DNA of 63,486 nt, filler included, from Pelomyxa schiedti (Eukaryota; Protista; Evosea), in assembly GCA_020536535.1 (NCBI GenBank). It is 4 parts of 4 records of this genome, joined end to end, with 100 filler letters (N's around TTAATTAATTAA, not from the genome) between each part and the next. Parts side by side here need not be neighbours in the genome. Positions count along the whole stretch, not along the records: positions 33,369 to 57,570 come from JAHLWZ010001054.1; positions 57,671 to 63,486 come from JAHLWZ010001469.1; 2 more parts are not named here. One strand, 5' to 3'. Below the pieces are notes generated by a model, which saw nothing but the letters and a program-made list of their open reading frames with translations, made no database searches and was not told the DNA's origin. Positions 54,001 to 63,486 of this stretch are shown here, in pieces. A program made the translations under genes and the position numbers. The number at the start of each line of letters is the position of its first letter. The stretch's first letter is position 1.

Positions 54001-56323
54001 CCACGCAACTAAAATTGTTCAAGGCGGGATTATTGTTTGGAATCAACAGAATGAAATTGGAGGTCATCTCTTTTCCAACTTCCTGTAATCTAACAGAAGC
54101 TCTGGGTCCATCCTGTGTAGGGAGTGAAAAAATACTTTCTTTCGAGGCAGGACCCACATAGACAACAACTATAGAATGCGTCGGGCTAGTAATGGTATTT
54201 GGAACTATCTCCACAGGGAGTTCAATTTTCGATAGGATCTGAAAGTCATAACAAGCAGATGAAGAAGACTCTGTTGGAGTTAGTAATGAACTTTGTGTAA
54301 AAAGGCCTGGATACCTCCTTCAAAATTGGATTTCTTTTTAATCGCAGGAACAATTGAAACTGGTAATACAAAGCGAGTGACGCTCTGTCTTATTTTAGGT
54401 GCTATTGAGTTTGAGAAGGTGCAAATACCCCACTAGTTTCCAGTGCGGATACATAAGAAAGCCTAACGGTCATGGATCGATCAGGTTGAATGACTCCAAC
54501 TGACATTCTAAAGGCAGAAGACTTTTTCCCTTGCAGCATATCTTTGCCCGCTTGTGCTCCACCTGTTGCTTTCAGTTATTTTCATAGCGAAGAAAAGGAG
54601 GGAACTGCCTGGTGACTTGGATGGCCCATTTGGCCCCGTGGAATCGGCTTTCTCCACACATTGGGCAGAAATACACCTACCCTCAGTCTCTGCTGTGAAA
54701 CTACACAAAGCAACTGTCTCATCTGTCGGAAATTTAAAGGCCGCGTCCACAGCAACTCCGGTGGTGTTATGATAGACCTGAACAATTTCTACCTTTTTGA
54801 ACAGGGATGAGTAGAAAAAGTGAGCATAATGATAGCGACCTCGCACAGGAATCCGACTATGGAAGTGTGAGCTTCAACCGATTTTAATGTCAAGGGCTCT
54901 TTAGATTCCTTTGAATAAAGACCTCCTGTGGTGCTGTGAATATGAAGAGTACTAAGAGGAAGTAGAGAACCTTGTGATATCATGGGAACTGACCCTGCAA
55001 TGGGGAAAAGTTCACAGAACTGCTCGCTTGCTCCTGAACGCCTCACATATGCTACAGCTTGCTCTACTTCAGCTTTAGTTACCTTCCGCTCTGTAACCTA
55101 TGCAGTGGAAATCACTGGGAATTTCATTTTAAAGGATTTTCCTTACAGGTGCATCTGCCTTCCGCAACTTTGTTTTGATTCTCATGTTCTCCTCAAGGAA
55201 CGCATCGAGCAGGAAGCGAATCCTAGCTCCCTCAGTTGTTAATTGCTGCAGTGTGGACATTATATGAGGATCAGAAACTTTTGCCAGAACGGCACGTGAA
55301 ACTTTCTGGCGGTCGAGATCGCACTGAACAACTCCTGTGATGAGATCGGGTAGAGCGGATACACTAGAAAGCTCAAAGTACTGCCCCTATTGTCCATGTG
55401 AGTCCTTGTTACGAACACTAGAGTGTCTAACCCATGTCTTGGAAGCGATTTTTTTGAACAAATCTTTTTCTTTCAGTCCGCCACATGAAACCGAGTGGAC
55501 GATAATTCCTACCTCCCTGCAGGATTCAATTTGCTCGCTCCAACTTTCCTGGAAACAGTGTTGAGTTTATTCTTTACGGTGGAAGTAAAACCCCACAAGG
55601 GCATCCATTAGGGTAGCTATCGCCACCTCCGCCAACTCCATGGGGCGGAGCATCTGCTATAAACACGGCAGTCTTGGTAGAACTGGCACGCCAGTCTAAT
55701 CTTACAAGCTGATAGAACCTGTAGGAAAAGAAATACAATATTGGTTACAACTAAAGAAAGGAATTACTGGGGGGATAGTACGCATCAGCCACAGCCTCTT
55801 AACTACGTTAGTGAAGTGAGACAGAGAAAAGTTCAGAGTACCTGGATAGTCCCCTCCACCCTCAGCTGCCATTTCTTTTACCCCACGTTTGACTTCACTT
55901 ATCCTTTGGCGTAGTGAGAACAGTGAATTGGGTGGGAAAAAAGAACTTACTTTCTTGTCAGTTGAGTGTGAACAGTAACCACCCATTTGTCACTGTGGTC
56001 ACGGTACCCAATCAGCCCAAACTATTTCCATTTAAAAAAAAAAAATGAAGTGGCTCGCATTTAATTGGTCCATAAATAAGAGAAATAGATATAAAGTACA
56101 TGCTATTGATAAGTATTACCACACCATTGAATCAGAAGCCATGGCGCGAATAGAATCCACCATGCTACGTATGTTATTCTGCACCACTGCAATTTGACCC
56201 CCCATAGACCCAGTCTCATCAACAACTAAGGCATTGTAAATTTAAAAAAGTTCTCTCAGTGAGTCACTAGCAAAAAATAGGGAAAAAACCGAAAACGACA
56301 TCGAGGGCTCCTTCCTGTGCCAT
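51018..56323 (-). CDS. VWA - VIT - VWA - Cys-rich zinc finger protein with a basic S/K/R-rich tail (VWA5A-like with an extra N-terminal VWA)
   Basis: VWA1 (LVVDETGSM..GYRDH..AEGGGDYP..FIADAPPHG); VIT (LKSVEAHTSIVGFLCEVEIVQVYHN..AAFKFPTDE); VWA2 (LILDCSASM..FNVVSFGT); CPNGH..CKSC..CSQCKYDICPNC; spliced on to the 51472 and 51018 ORFs. Confidence 0.8.
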
Positions 56324-56555
56324 GGTTATTTACTGTCTTTACCTGTTACCGTTTTCGGAGAAAACCTCATCAAGGCGTTGAGCTGTTTTCTAATGAATAT
56401 ACGGGTCTCTGGACCAAAGCATCAGGCTAATTTGTGAGCACATTCGTTGTTCATTAGGCATAAGATATCAATCTCACCCATCTCGCTTTGTGGTGTGGCC
56501 ACTGTTTTTTGTATTTTACAGAAACGAATCTGTGGGCAGAGAAAACGGCTTCTTT

Positions 56556-57570
56556 TTAATCGTAAAGGAACTGGTCTCGCTTTGTAATGGCAACCCATAA
56601 TGGAGTTGTGCCCGTGTACCTTGTAGTACCGGCAGTCTTGAGGTAACTCACGATCTCGTATATCCTTAGTCCCAACTTGGAGATAGAGAACTCGATGTTG
56701 AGTGGTGATGCCGTGACAATGTGCATGAAGCTTTCGGTGTCTCTCACAACGTCAGCTGTGATTTCTGGGAACTGTCTCAGCAACATCCTCCACGTTCTCA
56801 GGCTGACTGATTGCCATGTGTGATACGTTTTCGCCATCTCCGTCACCTTGTTTGGTTGGTTTTTGTAAGTTTAGAAAGAATCTCAAAAAAAGAACAAGAT
56901 ACAACCTCATGGAACGTGATGTGGAATTTTGTGATGATCCACTCAGCACAGCTTGTCTTGGAGTGTCTGATCAAACTGTACAGAGTCTGGTTGTTGTTCT
57001 GAGTGACTTGGTCTCTTGTCAGGTTGAAACTCTCAATCAACCACTTCACCACTTTGCTGGATGAGCAGACTGAATATGGTTGAAAGGACTCTGCCACTTC
57101 TGACTGTGAGAACTGGCCAAGTGCAGCCATCTTCTGTGCTGAGGCCAAGTCTGATCGTGGAAGACATCCCAGCACTTTTTTCCACATTTTTGCTGTGTTT
57201 GTGTCATGTGGGAGGTGAAATGTCTCCAGCAAGTACAGTGCCCCTCTGATGTTGTCCAGCTTCAAGCAGTCCAGGATTGCTTCTGTCACTTCGTGCTGCT
57301 CAATGAGTTCCACATGTGGAACACGGTCAAAGAACCATTTCAGGGCTTCTGGGCCGTCAGTGTATTGAGTTGCACATGAAAGAGTGATGCCTCCTGTTTG
57401 GGTTAGATGATAAGTGTGATCCAACCAGTCAGCAACTGCAAAATTTCCAACGGATAGTGCCTTCATGATTGAATTTTCAATCTCCTTTGGTGGAAGACTC
57501 TTTGCTCTCTGAATCATGACCTTCACCACTTCGACACTATCTTTTTGGTTTTGGAAAACATCATCAAAGC
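56556..57570 (-). CDS. 3' part of an ankyrin-like repeat protein, truncated by a gap
   Basis: ALSVGNFAVADWL, SKVVKWLIESFNLTRDQV, KTSCAEWIITKF; same family as 22100-23403. Confidence 0.7.
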
Positions 57571-57614
57571 NNNNNNNNNNNNNNNNNNNNNNNNNNNNNN
57601 NNNNNNNNNNNNNN

Positions 57615-57626
57615 TTAATTAATTAA
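57615..57626. other. Artificial linker TTAATTAATTAA in an N gap
   Basis: Centred in a 100-nt gap. Confidence 0.95.
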
Positions 57627-57756
57627 NNNNNNNNNNNNNNNNNNNNNNNNNNNNNNNNNNNNNNNNNNNNGAAGCTTCCCTTTGCCAGCAAACGACCATA
57701 TATATGGAGTTTTGCCTGATTTTTTCCCCAGGGCGATTTAGGTTTTAGTGCTCTAC

Positions 57757-59253
57757 TCAAAGAGTGTAGGAAAAGGAGGAGCCACCTGAGACTGGGGATT
57801 TGCACAAAAGTCTGAGAATTGTGATTCCTGATGCTTCTTCAATCAGGTCAACTGCTGTATGGTCACCAAGCATGGTGAGGTGGATGAGGAGCCCACCGTC
57901 TGCCCACCACACACCAATGCCAGAGTCAGGGTGTTGTATGTTCCTCAGTGGGCCTGCAGTGTTGTTGCAGTCCCATATCTCGGTGATTGAGCCAGGAACT
58001 GTGGATGTAAACCTGCTGACACAAAACAGTGTGCTGTTGAGCTGGGACAAGCCGATAACTGCTTCAGCCAGTTCTTTGACACAGTGGTGGCTGTTGTGGT
58101 CTTCCACGAGTGCCAAAATGGTGATTCCACTGCTCTTTTCTGCTGTGACAAGGAATACAGGCACACCACCGTGATCCTTGAAAGCAAGTAGCAATGCCTT
58201 CCTCTTGAAAGAAAAGGAGTAATCAGAGGGCATGGTCCATTCCCGTGAGCTTGTAGAAGTGACAGACCTCGTTGCATAGAGATTTGGCACATCGACTGTG
58301 ACAACTGATATTTGAGCGCACTGCTCACCTAGTCCCTGAAGCAGAAACAGTGCCTCATCAGGTGACATTGTGTTGCTGAATGCAATTCTACGCACCGCAC
58401 GGGCAGGAAAACTATCGGGACGTGTGAGAACAGGAGGCACTGGGTCCCGAAGGTCCGCCACCTGGAGAGTAGTGCCCCAGCCATTGCACACCCACCACCT
58501 GTGGTTGAACGCACAGCGCGAGTACTGGCCAGGAAGCCAGTGCTGGGAAACCATCACCTCCTGTCCCGTGGCGGTGCTCTTCACGCTGTACCCCTCCGCC
58601 ATGACACTGCTGTTTACCTGCAGCACCCAGCTGCGGTTCTGAGACAGCGCCAGTGCCGCGACAGTGTTCTTCACAGGGCACCAGCACCCCACTCCACCGC
58701 CACAACCACAACCACCACCATCATCATTGCTGACCAGTGCACCAAGGGTAACAGGATGGAGAGCAAATGTAACCAGTGCACCAGCACTAACCAACCCTCC
58801 TTCTTTGTGGTTTGTTGTGTCCAGCACCACGTTGAAGTGCCTCGCTGGGACGCCCCGGCACCAGTCCCACAATGTCTTCACCACCGCGTGGGGGCACTGC
58901 CCCGCGCCGCCGGCGTCGGCGTCGCGGTCGTCGGCCGCGGCGTGGCGCAGCGGGCTGCGGGCGCCGCACCGCGGGATCGTGGAGGCCGCCGACAGCGCGA
59001 GGAACTGGGCGCGGAGGCCGACGGGGGGTTGTACGGCCACCACCAGCGCGGGGGATGCTGCCTGGAATGTAATGCCACTTGAAGCTTCGACGTCGCTCTG
59101 GATCTTGGCCCGGGCCTCGTTCATGCTCTGCAACGTGCTCATTGAGTGGTTTCTTAGAAGACTAAGGTTCGGAGTGGGATTGGGATTGGGATTGTGATAC
59201 AACATGTTGTGCCTACGCGTACAAGGCTGATAACCCGGTGTGCACAGGCCCAA
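57757..59253 (-). CDS. Intronless lineage-specific protein with RAQFLAL..PRCGARSP motif, beta-rich C-terminus
   Basis: 498-codon ORF; the true start may be MSTLQS (~59142). Confidence 0.75.
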   Translation of the reverse strand: MGLCTPGYQPCTRRHNMLYHNPNPNPTPNLSLLRNHSMSTLQSMNEARAKIQSDVEASSGITFQAASPALVVAVQPPVGLRAQFLALSAASTIPRCGARSPLRHAAADDRDADAGGAGQCPHAVVKTLWDWCRGVPARHFNVVLDTTNHKEGGLVSAGALVTFALHPVTLGALVSNDDGGGCGCGGGVGCWCPVKNTVAALALSQNRSWVLQVNSSVMAEGYSVKSTATGQEVMVSQHWLPGQYSRCAFNHRWWVCNGWGTTLQVADLRDPVPPVLTRPDSFPARAVRRIAFSNTMSPDEALFLLQGLGEQCAQISVVTVDVPNLYATRSVTSTSSREWTMPSDYSFSFKRKALLLAFKDHGGVPVFLVTAEKSSGITILALVEDHNSHHCVKELAEAVIGLSQLNSTLFCVSRFTSTVPGSITEIWDCNNTAGPLRNIQHPDSGIGVWWADGGLLIHLTMLGDHTAVDLIEEASGITILRLLCKSPVSGGSSFSYTL

Positions 59254-59302
59254 ATGATTCGGTCAATCAAATTTGTGTTTATCTGATATCTACAAGAAGG
59301 AA

Positions 59303-60301
59303 ATGAGTGTTGTGACGGTGAGGCAGATAACGGTGCTGGACAACCCCGCCAAATTCACGGACCCATTACGGTTTGACATAATATTCGATTGCTTGCGTGA
59401 CATCCCTGGTTGTTCTTCGTTTTTTTTTTTGTTTTTTCGTTTGTTGGTTGTGAATCACGACAATTATTATAATACGTAGGATTGCTTGTATACTGTAATG
59501 TGGATGACATTCACTAATACAAACAAACGCTAATACAACAAACAACTCTAGAACTAGAGTGGAAAATTGTGTATGTTGGTAGTGCCGAAACACAGGAAAA
59601 GGACCAAGTACTCGCTTGTGAACCACTTGAGTCTGTCCCTGCTGGTCCGAGCCATTTCATTTTCGAGGTGATTTGAGTGATTATTTTGGATTCAAACGAA
59701 ACCAATCCAAATACTATGTAGGCTGATCCACCGGATCCAGCTCAAATTCCAACCAACGAGTTGTTAGGACTCACTGTTTTACTGTACTTTTCCTTCACAA
59801 TGGCTTACCTGCTTTTCTGATTTTTCCTCTAGAATAACATGCACTTACCTCCGGCAAGAGCTGATACGAGTTGGATATTTCGTGTACAACGAATATGACA
59901 CCCAAGAAATGAGAATGACCCCGCCACCAACACCCGACGTATCACACATCATGCGGAACGTTTGGGCTGATAAGCCCCGGGTCACGCACTTCCCGATGAT
60001 GTGGGACCTGGACCAACAAGTGATACGCGATCTGGATGGCGTCGCAATCCCACCTCCATCACTTGCTTCCAGCACCACAACACTTACCGGAACAAATCAG
60101 AGCACCACACGGCCATCAGCGGAAACAGCAGCACCAGTTGTAGGAGGGATTGTATCCTGCGGAACTGAGAATGTGTTTTTGCCACTGCACATTCCCGGCG
60201 TGGATGCACTATCAGGAGACTTGTATGTGCCACAAAACCCACAAACAAACCATCCTGCAACTGGAGAAGATGACGACAGTGATGCCGAAATAGACAGCTA
60301 A
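59303..60301 (+). CDS. ASF1: Histone H3/H4 chaperone ASF1 (4 exons)
   Basis: MSVVTVRQITVLDNPAKFTDPLRFDIIFDC..LEWKIVYVGSAE..DQVL..ADPPDP..LLGLTVLLITCTY..IRVGYFVYNEY..KPRVTHF. Confidence 0.95.
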
Positions 60302-60397
60302 GGCATTGATAACAACTCGAGTTATTATCCACCACAGAACACCAGGAATTCAAACAACCAGAATCAAAATCAATAAATACATTCATCATTTCGGCTG

Positions 60398-61729
60398 ATG
60401 GACGAAAGAGTACTGAGGCAGGTGCTGTTGTGGCTGAGGGACTGGGACCTGGTCAATGCATCATGTGTGTCCCATCAAGTGTGTTTGTATTCCATTGAAT
60501 AGAGTGTGTATTTGATAATAACTAAATGGCAACCCTTGCCTGTTTTTTTTAGTCTGTGTGCACACAACGGTTAACGATGACATAATAACAAATAAATAAA
60601 TGAATGAAGTGGAGGAGAATTGCCAAGAGTGTTGGACCATGTTGCCCACCGTGTGTGGCTGTCTATTCTCATGCTGATTATTTTGGTGTTGGTGATGGTG
60701 GTGTTCTGGACCTGAGGGGATACATTGACAGAGGGAAGCCAGGGAGTGTGGTGGTCACTGAGAATGTGAGGTATGGCCATGTGTGTTGCTGTTGCTCTGG
60801 TCCGGCTCCTGGCAAGGAATTCTTCGTTGTTCAGCATGCTCCTTTGAGCAGAGTAACAACAGCAATGGAACAGGCTCAGGGTGGAATCTTGTCACGGATT
60901 ACACGCAGCATCAGCAGCAGAGAGCCACTGAAGTTTAGGTAAGAAGTATTAACTACTTTTCTGTTGTGTTAAGTTTTAATATTCCTGCAGGGTACTCTCC
61001 TATGGATCTGACATTGGGGGAACCCTTATGTATCATCTGAAGGTAACTCATTGACTTTTGTTATGTCTCCAAGAGAATTGTAAAACAGGATTTTCGGATC
61101 ATATCAGAAGAAGATGAGATGTATCACTGTGCAAGAATTCCATGGGACCTCTGTGGCCAAAAAGTAATTTTTTCAATATGGGGTGTGTTGTTGCTGTGAT
61201 TGAACCGCCTTAATTTTGCTTAAATTAGGAGCCGACCAATCTGACGATTGGGTACCTCTTCTTCCCTGTGATGCTGTGATCTACCTTTCCAATAATTATA
61301 CAACGTGAGAGTTATCTTCTCTTATACCATTCTGCTCATACAATTCCTCAGCCCTTCCAGTGTGGACCTCCACCATTTTGTAAACTCTGTCAGTCCCACG
61401 AAGCTTGTCCCTGTTTTGGTTTTGGGTATGAAAAAAACACCTCAATACCAAATACTCACCACCTTCCAATAGCATCAGACCAACAATATGCCAGTCTCAA
61501 CCGGACTACCCACGAGGTTGCAGCAGCACTGGACATGCACGGCATCAAATGCACAGCATGGAGGGTTCAGGGATACACACAACAAAGAGGCCGGGATCAA
61601 ATCACAAGCCCCACTCTGGCCAAGGGCCTCAGCTGGCTGGCGAGGCAACTGTTCTTGGCAGCAATGGACCCACATTGGCCAACTTCAAACATCAACCACA
61701 ACACCTCCACTGTGCCCACAAGGTTGTAG
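60398..61729 (+). CDS. F-box protein with a C-terminal degenerate Arf-like domain, multi-exon
   Basis: F-box MDERVLRQVLLWLRDWDLVNASCVSHQ|WRRIA; Arf-like KFR|VLSYGSDIGGTLMYHLK..CDAVIYL..VPVLVL..AWRVQG..LAKGLSWLARQL. Confidence 0.65.
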
Positions 61730-61835
61730 AAACCAACTTATTGTTTTTTTTTTTGTTCCTCTCAATCAACATCAAACAACCATCACTGCTTTTCATGTAC
61801 GGTAAATGTGCTGAATGATTACACTGAGTAAGAAC

Positions 61836-63128
61836 TCATTCAGTGTAGCAGGTGAAGGGCACTGTGTTGATCGTGATAGTTACAATGGCACGTTTAGTGT
61901 GGCGGAATGTGAGCACGTGTATGCCTGTTCTTGCGTCTATTATTGTGTGAAGTGAACACTCCCTGGGAGTGTGTGTTTGATTGGGGAGGATTTCTTCAAT
62001 GAGGGGTGTTGAATCCTCAACAACAAAGCCACACCCAACAGTCACCAGTGTGGTGCCTATTGGATGCACATGAACCAAACTCGGTTCAGATGGACTGGAG
62101 CAGAAGGGATTGAAGATGGCAGTTTTGTCGTTGCTGGTGATAGCGAGGTGTGAGTCATCTACTCTACGGCAACAGTTGGAAGCTTCTTCCATCCATGTGA
62201 TGAATTTACCTGTGTTAAAGTGGAACAGTTGTACGGTCTGTGAGCATGGGTTGTTAGGTACAGGGATTTGAAAGGGGAAGTAGTACTGCCTTTCTGGGCT
62301 TTGTTGGACAAGGCACAGTGAGAACGTGGTCAAATTTGGGTTGGTGCACTCTATTGCATTTGCATTTGATATGGTTCCTCCTTCTGCCATTGCTTTGATT
62401 AAATCCACCTGCAGTATACACACGTGGTTGCCCTTATGCCCTTTTTGGCTGTACATCACCTCAATGAAGTCGCTCTCCACAGTGTATTCATTTCCCCCAT
62501 AGAACCTTACATCCAAAGGATGCTCGATCCATGGGCAAATGAAAGCCTTCTCGTCTCCCTGAGGAAGACTTCCAACCACCCTCCACACATGAATCATGGT
62601 CTCAGAGTCTCCCCTCCCCCCACTGATGATGACAATCCACCTCTTGTTGCAACAAGGACGATTCCTTATTGACGCCATAACTTGTAGCCACTTTGGCAAT
62701 GACGTGTCGACAACGCTGAATCCGTGGGAATCAAAGGGGGCGCGGTGGCCGATGACTCTGTGGACAACGCAGTTGTTTCCCCCAAGCCAGCCAAAAAGAG
62801 GGCGCGGGGTCCAGACCGGCACAGGCCCTACGAGAATTCCAAGGGTGTGGGATACGGAGAAGAAAATGCGGTCTTCTAACCCGGAAACAGATCGAAGAGA
62901 GAAGGTGATGCAGATGTTTCTCTCAGGCCTCAGTACCCAGGCCTTCCCAACGAGGTCTGTTATCACGGCCGACGGCAGTCGGCCGACAAAACACAGTGAC
63001 GACGGATCTTGGCCCTCCGCGGACTTACTAGGCGACCAAGCACCACACGCGAAGGCGATGAATTGGCTCTTGGCATCAATTCCCTGCGTCACGTCTACGG
63101 CCGCGACTTCACGAGAGCGTCGCATCAC
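61836..63128 (-). CDS. Intronless lineage-specific protein (430 aa) with IDAKSQFIAFACG motif
   Basis: Long ORF; N-terminal motif, SHTLGI, NKRWIV and terminal IIDARTG are shared with the 49773 gene. Confidence 0.75.
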   Translation of the reverse strand: MMRRSREVAAVDVTQGIDAKSQFIAFACGAWSPSKSAEGQDPSSLCFVGRLPSAVITDLVGKAWVLRPERNICITFSLRSVSGLEDRIFFSVSHTLGILVGPVPVWTPRPLFGWLGGNNCVVHRVIGHRAPFDSHGFSVVDTSLPKWLQVMASIRNRPCCNKRWIVIISGGRGDSETMIHVWRVVGSLPQGDEKAFICPWIEHPLDVRFYGGNEYTVESDFIEVMYSQKGHKGNHVCILQVDLIKAMAEGGTISNANAIECTNPNLTTFSLCLVQQSPERQYYFPFQIPVPNNPCSQTVQLFHFNTGKFITWMEEASNCCRRVDDSHLAITSNDKTAIFNPFCSSPSEPSLVHVHPIGTTLVTVGCGFVVEDSTPLIEEILPNQTHTPRECSLHTIIDARTGIHVLTFRHTKRAIVTITINTVPFTCYTE

Positions 63129-63486
63129 GAGAGATTTTTTCTTTTTCTTTTCATAAGTTGGCCGATGGGAGGGTGATGATTCCGAAGTTCGGGTGTTTCA
63201 CCAGGTAGGTTGTCTCTAATAAATGCATCGCGGTCTCTTATAACACCACCGAGAGGATTAGTGTTCATTATCCTCTTATTCCTGTCCCACAATTCAACAG
63301 ACAAGCCAGGGGTTTATTATCGACCAGTTGAAAAAGAAGAAATTCAACTTTTTTACAAGTGGACATCATTTGTGTCGCAAGACAGTTTTATTAAACTGTT
63401 TACACCCGCAAAGCGTGGTGCGGTCTCTGGCAAATATTCCTTTGCTTGGTGGCCGTTTTTGAAAAACAAAAAAAAAACGTATCTAC

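Overview
This is eukaryotic, gene-dense DNA with many short (~40-50 nt) spliceosomal introns. The gene families suggest an amoebozoan, possibly an archamoeba such as Pelomyxa (inference only). The window is a draft scaffold with eight 100-nt gaps, three of which carry an artificial TTAATTAATTAA linker, plus several haplotype-like or chimeric duplications. Recognisable genes: two GBP/atlastin-like GTPases, an ABCG transporter, a UBL-UBA-UBA-STI1 (UBAC1-like) protein, a UBE2D/UBC4-type E2, a RING-TRAF-zinc-finger-NHR ligase, three ependymin-related secreted paralogs, a Vint-type Hint-domain protein, a ~15 kb Kelch/repeat/multi-TM receptor gene, a VWA-VIT-VWA protein, ASF1, ankyrin-like genes (one broken by a hAT-like MITE) and intronless lineage-specific genes. 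The most striking result comes from manual splicing: there are two different F-box-Arf fusion genes. One is RCC1-F-box-Arf with the catalytic Gln replaced by Glu; the other is an F-box joined to a degenerate pseudo-Arf. They may represent an SCF ubiquitin-ligase receptor family that uses Arf folds. All gene models were spliced by eye, so boundaries are approximate, and no database searches were run.
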